A stretch of 62,904 bases of DNA, counting the filler, from Choristocarpus tenellus KU-1152 (taxonomy: Eukaryota; Protista; Phaeophyceae): NCBI GenBank assembly GCA_964200185.2. It is 13 parts of 13 records of this genome, joined end to end, with 100 filler letters (N's around TTAATTAATTAA, not from the genome) between each part and the next. Parts side by side here need not be neighbours in the genome. Positions count along the whole stretch, not along the records: positions 49,156 to 54,202 come from CAXNAD020012052.1; positions 54,303 to 57,257 come from CAXNAD020023385.1; positions 57,358 to 59,977 come from CAXNAD020026212.1; positions 60,078 to 62,904 come from CAXNAD020024400.1; 9 more parts are not named here. One strand, written 5' to 3'. Of this stretch, positions 51,972 to 62,904 are shown piece by piece (the stretch's first letter is position 1; each line of letters opens with the position of its first letter). The notes under the pieces were generated by a model. The model saw nothing but the letters and a program-made list of their open reading frames with translations. It did no database searches and was not told where the DNA came from. The position numbers and the translations under genes are program-made.

Positions 51972-54145
51972 ATGCCGGGTCGCTCTAGCACCGCCCTGGC
52001 GGCACTTCTGCCTGTGGTCCTGCTTGGGAATGCCTCAGGTGGGTGTAGGAATGCTTTTTGTTGTGGATAGGTAAGAAGAAGAACAGAGGTATTGCGCTAC
52101 ACATGCCCTCCTGCACCAATGTCTACTCGCATTCCGTTTGTTGAAGCATGGTGATACGTAGTCGAGTTCTTGTTGTCGCAGCCTTCCCTCGCCATGACGA
52201 AAGAAGTGCATGAGGATTCAATCCTCTATTAGCAATCCTTTCTTCTTACTACCGATATGGAAATGGTGCGCTGTATGCACGGTCTGGTGGCCCAGCTTAC
52301 TTGATTTCTTTGAACGTCGTATCACCGAGCGACTCATCAGGTTCTAATGCTTTTACTGGTGTAGCACCAGGCCGCCGTTTGCCCTTTCGCATCCACTAAT
52401 CCTACTAACGCTCTCCACGCCTCTTTTCTGCTGGCCGTTGGGTACCATGCAGCTTTCTTGCCTGCTTTCTCTTTGAAGAACCCAGTGTTAGTGTTTAAGA
52501 GATCTGGTTTGAGCGAGTATGGATCGACCTTCTCGGCCTTTCGATCGGGTCCACAACCTGTCACGACACTATCCACTAGCCACCCACGGCAGGCCAAAGG
52601 AGTGCAGAGCTTGCAAGCGGTGACAATGTCGGAGGGCACAAGTGTTATGGCAGAGTCAGTTACAGATGCTATGACTGACTACATTAAAAGCCGTGGAGGA
52701 AATCTTCCCATCCGCAAGGTGCCTTTCCCTCTCCCGATGCGCCTCTTCCCTCCTTTGCTTGCCCCATGAATCATGCTGAAAACCTATTCGCAATGCACCC
52801 CTTCTCCGCTGTAGTGCAGAATTCGTGTATCGATCATGTTGAGTATGAGAAAAATCAATGAATTATACATATGGTGAGTGGGCAATGTCAGGCTTGGTTG
52901 CTAGGTTATGCCGCACTTCGAACAATACTGCAGGTACTCCAAATCCACCCCTGAAGCGCCTTGCATTACAGTCCTTGCAAAGAACTGTTTTTTTTTTTCT
53001 TCCAATTTTGCAGTTGGTGTGCTTCATGCAGCAGGTATTGTCCATGCTGAAGTTGGGATTCCCTTCTGAACAGGTGGCTGGGGAAGCGCAAGGTCAAGGA
53101 AATAGTTCACAGGATGTCTGAAATTTTACTGCGTATTTCCGTAAACACCATTGTCCTTCAATTTTATGAATCTTGTGAAGTATTCTCAATACTCATACCT
53201 AGCATATCAAAATTGCTGTGTTGCTCCCCTACTTCTACACATCCCTTTCAACCGTACTTTTCCATCAAGGTCCTGATTGCCAACAATGGAATGGCGGGGA
53301 CGAAGGCCATCCTGTCCATGAGACAGTGGTGCTACCTTGAGCTGGGCAATGAGAAAGCTGTGGAGTTTGTTGCCATGGCCACACCAGAGGTGAACAAATG
53401 AGGAAGTTAAAGCATGATCTTGACCCTTTCCACGCCACCACAGGGGGTTGGTGATGTGGTTTGATGGGGCTACATGTTTTTACTTGTACTTCTGGTTAGA
53501 TTTTTCATGCATGGTTCCAGGTTTGTTCAAGATAGAGGAGGGTCTTTGTAGTGGTGGATGACTCAAGGTGTTTGATAAGGGTGCTAGGGAAAGAGAATTT
53601 TTATGCTGTGATTATGTAACATCCATATATTTATGTTGGACTCTTCTCCATCCACAGATTAGTCGAGCACCCATCACTTGATTTGTTTGCTAAAATGTAG
53701 GGGACCACAAGGCTGTATGCATGGTACATCCCCTAATTTTTGGTGTCATGAGTCAGTTGAAACATATTGTGTGTACATACGGAGATATTCTGAACGGTTT
53801 TCAATGTATTGGAGTAGGTTTTTAATGTATTGGAGTAAAGAATCGAAACATGCCCAAGGTGATGTAAGCAGAGCCGCTACAGATTGCACTGGAAAATTCT
53901 TGGTGCAGTATACAGCATGCACGTGCTTCAGACAAGTTGCTAACAAATCAAGATCGAACTCTTTCAGTCCTGCAATGTAGTTGAGTGTAACTATATTTTT
54001 TTCCTTTCCTCTTATGACCTATATATTTTTTTCCTAATTCCACTCACATCCCTCCGATCTGTTTTGACCTTTTGTAACCTGTTCACAATGGCAGGACCTG
54101 AATGCCAACGCTGAATTCATTCGTCTAGCTGATTCTATTGTTGAG
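51972..54145 (+). CDS. ACC1: Plastid-targeted homomeric acetyl-CoA carboxylase, 5' exons 1-4 (leader and start of biotin carboxylase domain); partial
   Basis: Exons 51972-52038, 52453-52718, 53270-53389 and 54095-54145 splice in phase to MPGRSSTALAALLPVVLLGNASA^FLPAF...DYIKSRGGNLPIRKVLIANNGMAGTKAILSMRQWCYLELGNEKAVEFVAMATPEDLNANAEFIRLADSIVE. This is the ACCase BC start plus a signal peptide with a heterokont ASAFAP-type cleavage motif. Confidence 0.93.
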
Positions 54146-54399
54146 GTGCGTGGTATTGTGATGTCATCAAATTGTCGGGGGCGGGGGGGGGGGGGGAAGG
54201 GGNNNNNNNNNNNNNNNNNNNNNNNNNNNNNNNNNNNNNNNNNNNNTTAATTAATTAANNNNNNNNNNNNNNNNNNNNNNNNNNNNNNNNNNNNNNNNNN
54301 NNCTCCTTCAACTAATCAGTAGTAAAAAGTTCTTATAACTCAACCACTAATTGATTGTTCCGTTACTCTGTAACTGTCCGCGTAACTGTCCGATAGAGT

Positions 54400-57257
54400 T
54401 GGAAGAGTCTAATCGAACAGAAGGCTTTCGACCAGCTCCAAACTCACCATGGATACCTTTGGTCGAGCTGTGACACCCCGATCTCGCGATAACAATGCAC
54501 CCCTGTCAGCCCTAGGAGAGTGGCAAGCATCAATGACACCCACAACCCGACCATCCAAGTACCGCAGACTGCCTCTTAATAACCCCAGATCAGCTGGATG
54601 TAGAGAACCCCCCCCTGACGCACTCCCTAGATTCCCAAGATGCACTAGTATACTCTAACTGGTGAACATACGCCACCAGAAAAGGAACATGCAGCTTTTT
54701 TTAATGTAGACCCAGAAGCAGGAACCCAAGATACGGATCCAGAGGCAGGTATCGCCACAATAGATCTTACCCTGGACAAGGATCCTCTGACCCAATCATT
54801 TGAGGGTCCAGGTGTAGTACCCCTTCCAGTAGAGGTAGCGTGGGAGGACGATGGGACTCTGCAATGGGAATTGCGTCTGTCAGAAGTAGAACATGAAGAA
54901 GGATTTGCCAGCAAAGTCTGCAAAGGATTTGTTAAGGGGGCACAACCACAATCCAGACAGTTGGTGATGATTAAGCCCTTATCAGAGTATAACCTGGAAT
55001 TTAGGGAATGCTGTCGGAGTTACCAGAGGTGTACAATGGTGGAACCCAGGAACTCTCATTTATTGCAAGCTGGTAAATACGTGCAGCAAGCCCAGTAGTG
55101 TCCAGGCAGGGCTACCAGTTGCAAAGGCGATTGCTCTGAATACTCAGGATACAGAGGGGGTGGTTGCACTCTTTCAGTCACTAGCCCAACCCCCCAAAGA
55201 CCCTTAAAAAGCACAGGTTCTGCTTGCCACGACTAGTTCTCAGACGAAGCATCCCCCAGAAGCAGACGAGACTGGTGACTGCCCGGTAGTAGAGGAAGAA
55301 GATACTCCTTCAGGTGAAGCCAAAGGGGTCCGACATCAATCAGTGAGCCTCAGCGATGCCAATATGGGACAGCTGACACCAGAGCAGAAGAAACAGTTGG
55401 GGGAATTGTTGGAAGAATTTAGAAATTTAGGGGTATTCCCTGAAGATCCCAACCGAGTTTCCCCGTGCTCTAGAGGAGTACTACATATACACTTAGACGA
55501 GAACTGCACACCCTATGCAGCGAAACAAAGGCACTTTTCTCCTGAAGAAATGCAGATGATTCAGGTCGAGGTTAAGCAGTTGCAGGAACGTGGTATTATC
55601 AGACCCTCCACCTCAGCATGGGCAGCAGCAGTAGTAGCAGTACGTAAGAAAGATGGGACCCTGAGGTTGTGCACAGACTATAGGATGCTTAATGATCTCT
55701 CGCGTAGTGATAGTGGAGGTCTTGGGAACATCACCAGCATCTTTGATAAGCTTAAGGGTTCTAGCTATTTTACTGCCATAGATCTAGCATCGGGATTCTT
55801 TCAACTAGAAATCGCAGAGGTAGACAAACATAAGACAACCTTCCGTGACGCTCATGGACAACTTTGGGAATATAACAGGTGTGGCTTTGGGTTGAAAATC
55901 TTACCTGCAGTATTCTCTAGTTGAGAGAGGCATTAGGAGATCTCAAAAGACACTGTGTAGAAAACTGACTAGACGATCTTTTTTGCTATAGCTCATCATT
56001 TGATGAACACATGACCAAACTTCGCCTCCTTCTTACCAGACTCAAGCAATACGGCCTGTCTGTGAACTTTCCCAAATCCTCGTGGTGCATGCCCTCACAA
56101 GAAGTTGTAGGAATGAAGGTAGGTAGAGATGGCTTGAGTCCTGCTCCATCAAAAATGATAGCAGTAGCAAAACTTGATCCCTCATCTACAATTGAGCAGT
56201 TAAGAAGTTTCCTAAGCATGACAGGATACATGCGACAGTTTGTTCCGTACTATTGCCAAGTAGCTGCACCTCTGACTGACATCCTCCGGAACAAAGGGTA
56301 TGCTTCCAAACGAGACAGGAAGAAGAGTATCCCTTGGCAACCAGAGGAGCAGAAAGCCTTTGAAGAACTTAAGGTGCGTCTGGTCTCTCCACCAATCCTA
56401 GTCTTTCCTTACTGGGATATGCCGTTCCTCCTCCGTACAGATGCTAGTGAGGAAGGGGCTGGAGCAACACTGACCCAGGTACAGGATGATGACCAAGAAC
56501 ATGTCATAGCATATGCTAGCCATAGATGGTTTAAAACAGACAGTAGGAGAGCTCCCACTGAAAGGGAATGCATGGCTATCTTGTGGACTGTAGAACACTT
56601 CCGCTCCTACATTTGGGGTAGGAAATTCACCCTAGTCACTGATTGTTCCGCACTGACTTGGCTCTTCAAGAGTCGTGAACTTAGCCCCAAGCTCCACAGG
56701 TGGGCCCTCCGTCTTATGGACCACGACATGGAACTGAAGTGGCGAGCAGGCTCGAAGCACCAACTACCGGATGGACTGTCACGACTCTCCTCACCAGCAG
56801 CATCAGGTTTGGATATCGACGATTCTGTTCCTGACAACCAGTCCGTAGCTTGTAGCAAGAACTACGCTGGACCACGAGGACCTGTCTTGGATGGTGTATG
56901 TTTGCAAGATTTAGGTACATCAGACCTACGCCCAGGTCACCCCACACTGTCCCCTTGCTCTGTGTGTGTGTTGGTAGATTCAGAGCTAGAGTGTCTCCTC
57001 CATGATGAACCGAGTCTAGGTGTAGCACAAATGTTACTTAACGGAACAGTTGATGCCACACCCTCAGGAATACTGTCAGCTCTGCAAGATTCCCACACGG
57101 GACCTGATAATCGAGACTTAAGCGTTAGAGGTTGGTTACCACTCAGTAGTTCCCAGGATCAAAGTCTGCCAGTGTGTATACCCCCTCCCTCTGGTTGGAT
57201 GGCCCCAGATAAGATACCTAGTGTAGACCCAACACACACCCCGCAGCAACTCCTTCC
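54400..57257 (+). mobile_element. Ty3/Gypsy LTR-retrotransposon pol (RT + RNase H), disrupted; truncated by linker
   Basis: RT motifs IRPSTSAWAAAVVAVRKKDGTLRLCTDYRMLN, FTAIDLASGFFQLEIAEVDKHKTTF and CGFGLK; stop/frameshift at 55922 and TGA at 55966 in EN*LDD; RNase H motifs LRTDASEEGAGATLTQ, ERECMAILW, FTLVTDCSAL, RWALRL and PDGLSR. Confidence 0.93.
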
Positions 57258-57357
57258 NNNNNNNNNNNNNNNNNNNNNNNNNNNNNNNNNNNNNNNNNNN
57301 NTTAATTAATTAANNNNNNNNNNNNNNNNNNNNNNNNNNNNNNNNNNNNNNNNNNNN

Positions 57358-59920
57358 CTGTAGACGCTTGAAGGATACGTCCTTGGACGGAGGTATGCAA
57401 GGGCACCCCAGTACATGCGCCTGCACTGGCAGAGACCCCTCTACCCTGCCCCGTACCGATGTTCTCCTTATCATAATCGTCCCCGTCGTCGTCCATGTCT
57501 TCCTTCTGATGCTCCTCGTCCTCCTCCTCCTCTTCATCTTGCTCCTCGTCCTCCTCCTCTTAACCTTCCTCCTCTTCATCTTCCTCCTCGTCCTCCTCCT
57601 TGGCGTTGCCGGTGTTGTCTTCCCTTTCGTCCCCATTCTCCCCCCCCCTCTCCTCTCCTTGTTCCTTCAATGTAGTGTTCCGTCCTTCTCTCACAAAACC
57701 CCCCTTTCCCTCGCCTCGATAGCAGACTGTACAACTGTCAAGACCTTGTTAGGAATCTTCTTGCCGTTCCCAACAAGTTTCTCGCAAGTCCATACTATAC
57801 CCGCCACGGGTTCCCAGCTTACGTCCTTAACTCGCTTCTGTTTCCCAGTTCGCCCGGATCTATCACCAGCGTGAATGTAGCAATCTACAAAACTACTTTT
57901 GACATACTTCTCAAGGGTCATTAGTGATCACTGGTCGGCCGAAGCCAGTGAATATCCACACCACGCTCCCCGTCCTCGCCGACGCGCTCCGATAGGATCT
58001 TGCTGACCAAGAGCGGCGCCTCCATTGTCAGAAAAAAGGCAAATCTGCCTTCCTGCACTGAGACTAGGTTTCCATAGTTCCCCGATGTCAAGGTAGCACG
58101 AGGCCAACCCCGTCGACGGGAGCCAGCTTCTTCCTTGTCACTGTCCGATGAGGAAGAGTGTGTTTCCTCGAGCCCGCCGAGATCATTGTCACCGCTGACG
58201 AGATTATCTCCCCTACCCGAACGTTCGCCCTGGTCGTTGTCTTCGACGTCGCCGGTGCTAGTTCCAGCGCCATCGTCATCAGTGGGAAGCCAATGGACTG
58301 GGAGGTCGAGATCTCGTTCCCCTGTCTTTTTGAGAAGTCGCACAGACCACTTTGCTCGTGTTTCGCTCTCTGAACGACTTCATCGTCTGCGAAGATGGAA
58401 TCCATGAGCACAAGAACATCAACGGTATGGATGCATGAATGTTACTTTGTTACCAGGCGTGACGTTTCACGAATACGCTTGAGGAGCATGCGGTGAGAGG
58501 GAGGGTGAATATGTTCTTGCCTTTTATACCACATGAGAACCTGAAGGTGAAATTCAAGCAAGTTAATTTCGAGGCAGGGGCAAAAGAAACGAAGTGGAGA
58601 AGCAAGTTATATATGCAGGCACATGCTCTGATACATGTATATGGAAGTATAGATAAAAAAAGGGTGATGCGTATATTTTTTTTCATTGTTTTGTTTCGAG
58701 AGTATGTTACGAAACAGTTTTGGCAGCTGCTCTTATCGTTCAATTTTGTTGTGGGGAAATCAAAAGCCAATCGATCAATTACAGCGTACGACCATAAACC
58801 TTCCAGGAATGCAACAAGCATGAGCTGCAAGCCTCGAGGCAGTATCTGTCCGCATAAAAACACTATGTGGCTATCGAACTTGCATATCTTGCCTAATTAC
58901 CTGGAGAAGATCTGATCGATTTTGATGTGTGTGTGCCCCACCATCATTAAAATATATCTCGACCACACGAATGACACTCGCCGCAACCAACAGCCCCGCG
59001 TATCCGAGAAAGAAATTGTTCTTGTTCTCTGCGACGCAGTTGTCGACCTGGCCAGGGGAGTTGGAAGCGAGGGAGGGATAGGCGTGAGGCCGAGATGTCA
59101 GCCCACTTCGCCGCGTTTCGTGGAGGAACAGGGTAGGTTTCCAGTATTGCTAGAGCACAATCTCTACATCACCGCCACAATACATGCAGGTTGCAACACA
59201 CAAACCAACTCTAGAGACTGTGCAGTTAGTTCCTTGGTGACTGGTATTCAGCGAGTATGTGTTGAGTAGGTCGTGTCAAGATGAAACCTTCTTACCTGCC
59301 AATGCGCTTGCTGGATTATGCAATTCCCCGCGTGATCGAGGCTGTTGTGGTACTTGTCGATAAGCCTTGTGAGGGCAAGGTGGGTGGTTGTGCAGACAAG
59401 GTTACAACCTGCGCAAACAATGATGTTCAACAAGTGTTGCCAAAAAGTACTCTGCTCACTTACACATTGTTTATTTGGAGCAAAAAAGAGGGGTAATGTA
59501 ATTTGTTTATGCAATGTAGAGGACATAAACCGATACGGCTGATGTACATGTCTGCGATCTCCACCACCCGTTGATTAGCTCTTACGCTCCTCTCACCCTA
59601 GCCCTAAGGTGAGGCGTAGGAGGGCAGGGGAGCACAGCGCATCATCAGTTAATCGACTGTTCACTAGGCCTGCGGTATCTGTAGGCACATTGTGTAAGGA
59701 TGTACTAGTCCTTACGGATTTACCCTACGGCAGGTCCACTCGCCGCGGCGATAAATCAAGTGGTGCATGCGCAACCAGCATCTATTAGGTCATTCGATTT
59801 TGCGCCATGACCCACAATACGTACCTCCTCCAAGATTGATAGGAGTGAAGAACACTTCCGCGAACCGGCCTTCGACGTGTGGGGCCATGATCTTCTGGCG
59901 CTAGGAGTAGCCCCTCATAA
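57358..59920 (-). mobile_element. Sola/DUF7869-like DDE transposase pseudogene with spliceosomal introns
   Basis: Exons ~59920-59825, 59408-59296, 59047-58901 and 58540-~58454 give GGCNLVCT...AHWQ|VDNCVAENKNNFFLGYAGLLVA...F/MMVGHTHIKIDQIFSR|FSCGIKGKNIFTL, matching DNCxxENKN and GHTHxxIDQxFS. Downstream VDIHWLRP region and Glu-rich tail; stops and frameshifts. Confidence 0.8.
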
Positions 59921-59977
59921 GACTCAAAGTATCTGGGAGGGGGTGGCGGCTGTCCATTTGGGGTCAATTTTTTCGTG
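59921..59977 (-). mobile_element. MITE family B terminus inserted in the transposase exon
   Basis: GACTCAAAGTATCTGGGAGGGGGTGGCGGCTGTCCATTTGGGGTCAA abuts the coding exon. Confidence 0.8.
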
Positions 59978-60077
59978 NNNNNNNNNNNNNNNNNNNNNNN
60001 NNNNNNNNNNNNNNNNNNNNNTTAATTAATTAANNNNNNNNNNNNNNNNNNNNNNNNNNNNNNNNNNNNNNNNNNNN

Positions 60078-62867
60078 TTGAACAGGAAATCTGCAAGGCG
60101 TTGCACCATCTCAGGGTCGTGGTTCCCCTCCAGCATAGCGCAAGCGACTACCACCCCCCCCCGCATGTACGGGCAGGGAGAACAAGCCAGTGTTGAACAA
60201 ACCCCTCAGCTTGGTCCATACATCGTCCGTGTGATGCACCCCACAACTTGTGTTGCCTGGTGCCATGACAACATAGGTAGCACGCCTCGAATCTGGAGGA
60301 GTGTGGCGAATGGATGTCAGGAGAAGAGATGGTCACATGTCTGGTGTGTGTTTGTTATATGGGTTATGGGATCTCAAAAAAGCAAAAATGGATTTTAAAA
60401 GGTACAATGGACCTTAAACCAATGAGCCAAAGTATCTTAGAGGGTAGAGCCGCGTCCATTTGGGGGTCAAAATACAATGTTGTGATTTTGATNNNNNNNN
60501 NNTTGTTAGGAAGTGTCAATATCTATGTTTCGGACACACCTTTTAATCATGTATACATTTTACCTACTCCAAAACATTTTGGAGTCGGAAAATGTCATTA
60601 AAAAAACCCATGGAAAGCCAAGCCGCATAAATGTCATACATTTTACCTACTCCGAAACATTTTGGAGTCGGAAAATGTCATAAAAAAACGCATGGAAAGC
60701 CAAGTCCCACAAATGGACAAACAGGGAAAAATTCGTACCCTCTAATAAGATAGTTTCACTCCAATTTCGTTTGGGATTTTTGCATGGAAGTGTGCAACAT
60801 TCACAAACGACGCCAGTGTATATGAGTTGTATTCTTCCCCTCCACTACCGTACCATTGTCATGCGGGGTGCAGAATATCTTGGGCAATTGACCTCTTAAT
60901 GTTATTTACCATTTCATACGGAAAATGGGGGTTGAGTGTCAATACACTATGGCACTTATGACTATACCCAATCTAAGATCTGACGGTTCTCGTTTATTAG
61001 CAAAGAAACAAAGAACTCATTGCTCCCCTATCGCTGGTCCCTTTATCATCATGTCATGAAACGCTTATTTACACTTGCTTGCCTTCACCTCTTAAGCTGT
61101 TGTTGGGGAGGGCAACACCCTTGGAGCCTTGGACGATTTTGAGGAAGACATCATCACCCTTCACATTCTTCAACAATAACCTCCTTCCCACCTTTAAAAC
61201 ACAGGGGTAGGGCGGACGTTTGAAGTGAAAATGGCTTCGTTTTCATTCGGACGTGAGCCAAAGTATCTGAGAGAGTACGGCCCCATCTAAATGGGGTCTC
61301 AGATCCGATGTGACGATTTGTAATGTAATTATGGAAAAGAGTCTTAGTTGGCGAGTGTGATGAACCCCCGATTCACAGGGGCACCTTCGAGAAGTTGCTT
61401 CTTTTTGGTTTTGTCACCATATATCAATCGTGGTGAATTACTGGTGTCCCCTTTTATTGTGGTTTTGGACATGCGACGACGATATGCCTGTTTGATGAAT
61501 TTGCGTTAAATTTGGAATTGGCGACAAATTTTAGAGTTTTGATGGTAAGACAATTTTTGTCAAGCAGGATAACATTGAAAGCACAAACGCAGCAAGAATG
61601 CGCGTGTCGCCGTGCGAGGACAACCAAGCAAAGAGCGAGCGGAGTCCTTTGTGGCGCATAGAAAAAATAGGATTATGAGATATTGCCAGGAGTAATATCC
61701 TCTTCCTTTTGGGGGGGAGGATGGCATTATCATTCTAGGTTGATGGCGATGTATGTGCAAGTGTATTAGTTATTGCGACCTACTATGTTCGATAAGATGA
61801 CAAATGCCTTGAGAAGATACGAACAGATGGGGTGGATTCATCGGTAAGAATGATCTAAGCATATTTGTTGCGCTCTGGTGGGGTGTGGTGTGACAATGAA
61901 CCGGTTCTCTCATTGAGATTTCATCGTAATTTAGCGGTTAACTTGGGATGGAACAACTTAAATGTTGTGTGTTTGAACTAAGTGAGGCAGAAACACAGTA
62001 AGAACAAGACACAAGGAATAAGGGGGTGGTCCCAACATTGAACCGGAGTCGTTTATCCTGTACCCATTGTACTGGTGCATATAAAGAAAGAGATGTGAGT
62101 AAATAAACGGGTATTGTGCAAATACAGGTGGAGTATGACAAAGTTGTATTTCCATAAAAAATTCATGGCAACGTTTGGTCAGTTCGTGAGGGTAGGGTCG
62201 GGTTACTTGGAGGATGGCAGTAGGTGATGGACAAGTATGGAGGAAGAATGTGCAAGGAGGCGGGGGGTTAAGTGTAAGTGGATGGCAATCCTTGCCTCTG
62301 ATCCTATCGAGTATAGCGTGTGAAAAAACATAGATCTATGGTTGCGTATGTTAATACATGTGGCATTAGATAGCGTTAAAAAAAGCTGTTAGCCTCAAGA
62401 AAATGGAGGTGTACATATGATTACCCTTTTGAAGTATTTGTCACAGTGCATAACTTTTGAACATGGTTTTACATGAGATAGGATGTATTTTCACCATAGT
62501 GGACATCATATAAATGGCCAATTGCACATGTCGTGTACGTGTCGAAATGTTTCTTATATGTAACAGACTCAATGCAGGGCAAACGTACGCGGAAGTGGGA
62601 GATTTAGATGAGAAGGAGATGCTCCTTTGCTCTGATCTTGTTAAACGAAGTGCGTTGAAAAAGCACAGGCTGAGTGGGATATGTTAACGAGTGTAGCATT
62701 AGATAATGTAGCATAAAACAATTAGCCTTTGGAAATTCGAGGTGTTCCTAAGTTCACCTTTGAAACATTTATCGAAAACCACTTTTCGAGACGGCTTTGT
62801 CTAGGATGGTGAAAATATTACCTTGGTGGACACCACGTACATGGAGATCTGCACGTGTAGGTGACAC
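60078..62867 (-). CDS. Possible multi-exon gene of unknown function (partial)
   Basis: Phase-compatible candidate exons 62867-62822, 61191-61089 and 60292-60078 (CHLHVQISMYVVSTK|VGRRLLLKNVKGDDVFLKIVQ...|DSRRATYVVMAPG...). The last needs a 1-nt correction in a G9 run. Confidence 0.35.
60424..60761 (-). mobile_element. MITE family A complete copy with internal tandem duplication
   Basis: GAGCCAAAGTATCTTAGAGGGTAGAGCC ... TACCCTCTAATAAGATAGTTTCACTC; CAAT on both flanks; ~84-bp internal duplication. Confidence 0.9.
61255..61335 (-). mobile_element. MITE family A diverged terminal fragment
   Basis: GAGCCAAAGTATCTGAGAGAGTACGGCCCC...GATGTGACGATTTG. Confidence 0.55.
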
Positions 62868-62904
62868 CTGAAAACATTTTCCATTTCATTGACTCGATAC
62901 AAAC

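Noticed and set aside
57368-57874. Leu-rich plus-strand ORF as a membrane protein
   Set aside because: It is the antisense shadow of the GAG/GAA-rich acidic tail of the minus-strand transposase pseudogene.
10557-60077. Recurrent TTAATTAATTAA palindrome (12 copies) as a biological repeat or recombination site
   Set aside because: Always centred in exactly 100 nt of N padding; it is a synthetic six-frame-stop contig linker.
1-62904. Endogenous giant-virus (phaeovirus) segment or prokaryotic operon/defence system
   Set aside because: No dense intronless ORF array or viral hallmark motifs; most ORFs in the track are short chance frames in introns and decayed TEs.

Overview
Eukaryotic nuclear DNA from a fragmented draft assembly. 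The window is 13 unrelated contigs joined by 12 artificial 100-nt linkers (44 N + TTAATTAATTAA + 44 N), so nothing can be inferred across linkers. A degenerate 18S rDNA fragment, a plastid-type acetyl-CoA carboxylase with a heterokont ASA^F bipartite leader and long GT-AG introns point to a brown alga or close photosynthetic stramenopile. Recognisable host gene pieces: plastid ACCase (exons 1-4), COP9 signalosome subunit 1 (3 PCI-region exons), an ankyrin-repeat protein and several unknown exons. Much of the rest is decayed mobile DNA: Copia, two Gypsy remnants (one with a chromodomain), RTE and another LINE remnant, an intron-containing Sola/DUF7869-like transposase pseudogene, and about 20 copies or fragments of three MITE families that share a terminal motif and 3-bp target-site duplications. 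Most notable: (1) a spliced, pseudogenised gene that appears to join a PHD-like zinc finger to a divergent beta-class amino-DNA-methyltransferase-like fold (23575-26865); (2) CpG decay in gene bodies and in the 18S pseudogene with CpG-rich patches at gene 5' ends, suggesting cytosine methylation; (3) a multi-family MITE system with a shared terminus. All protein assignments are from motif recognition by eye, not database searches.
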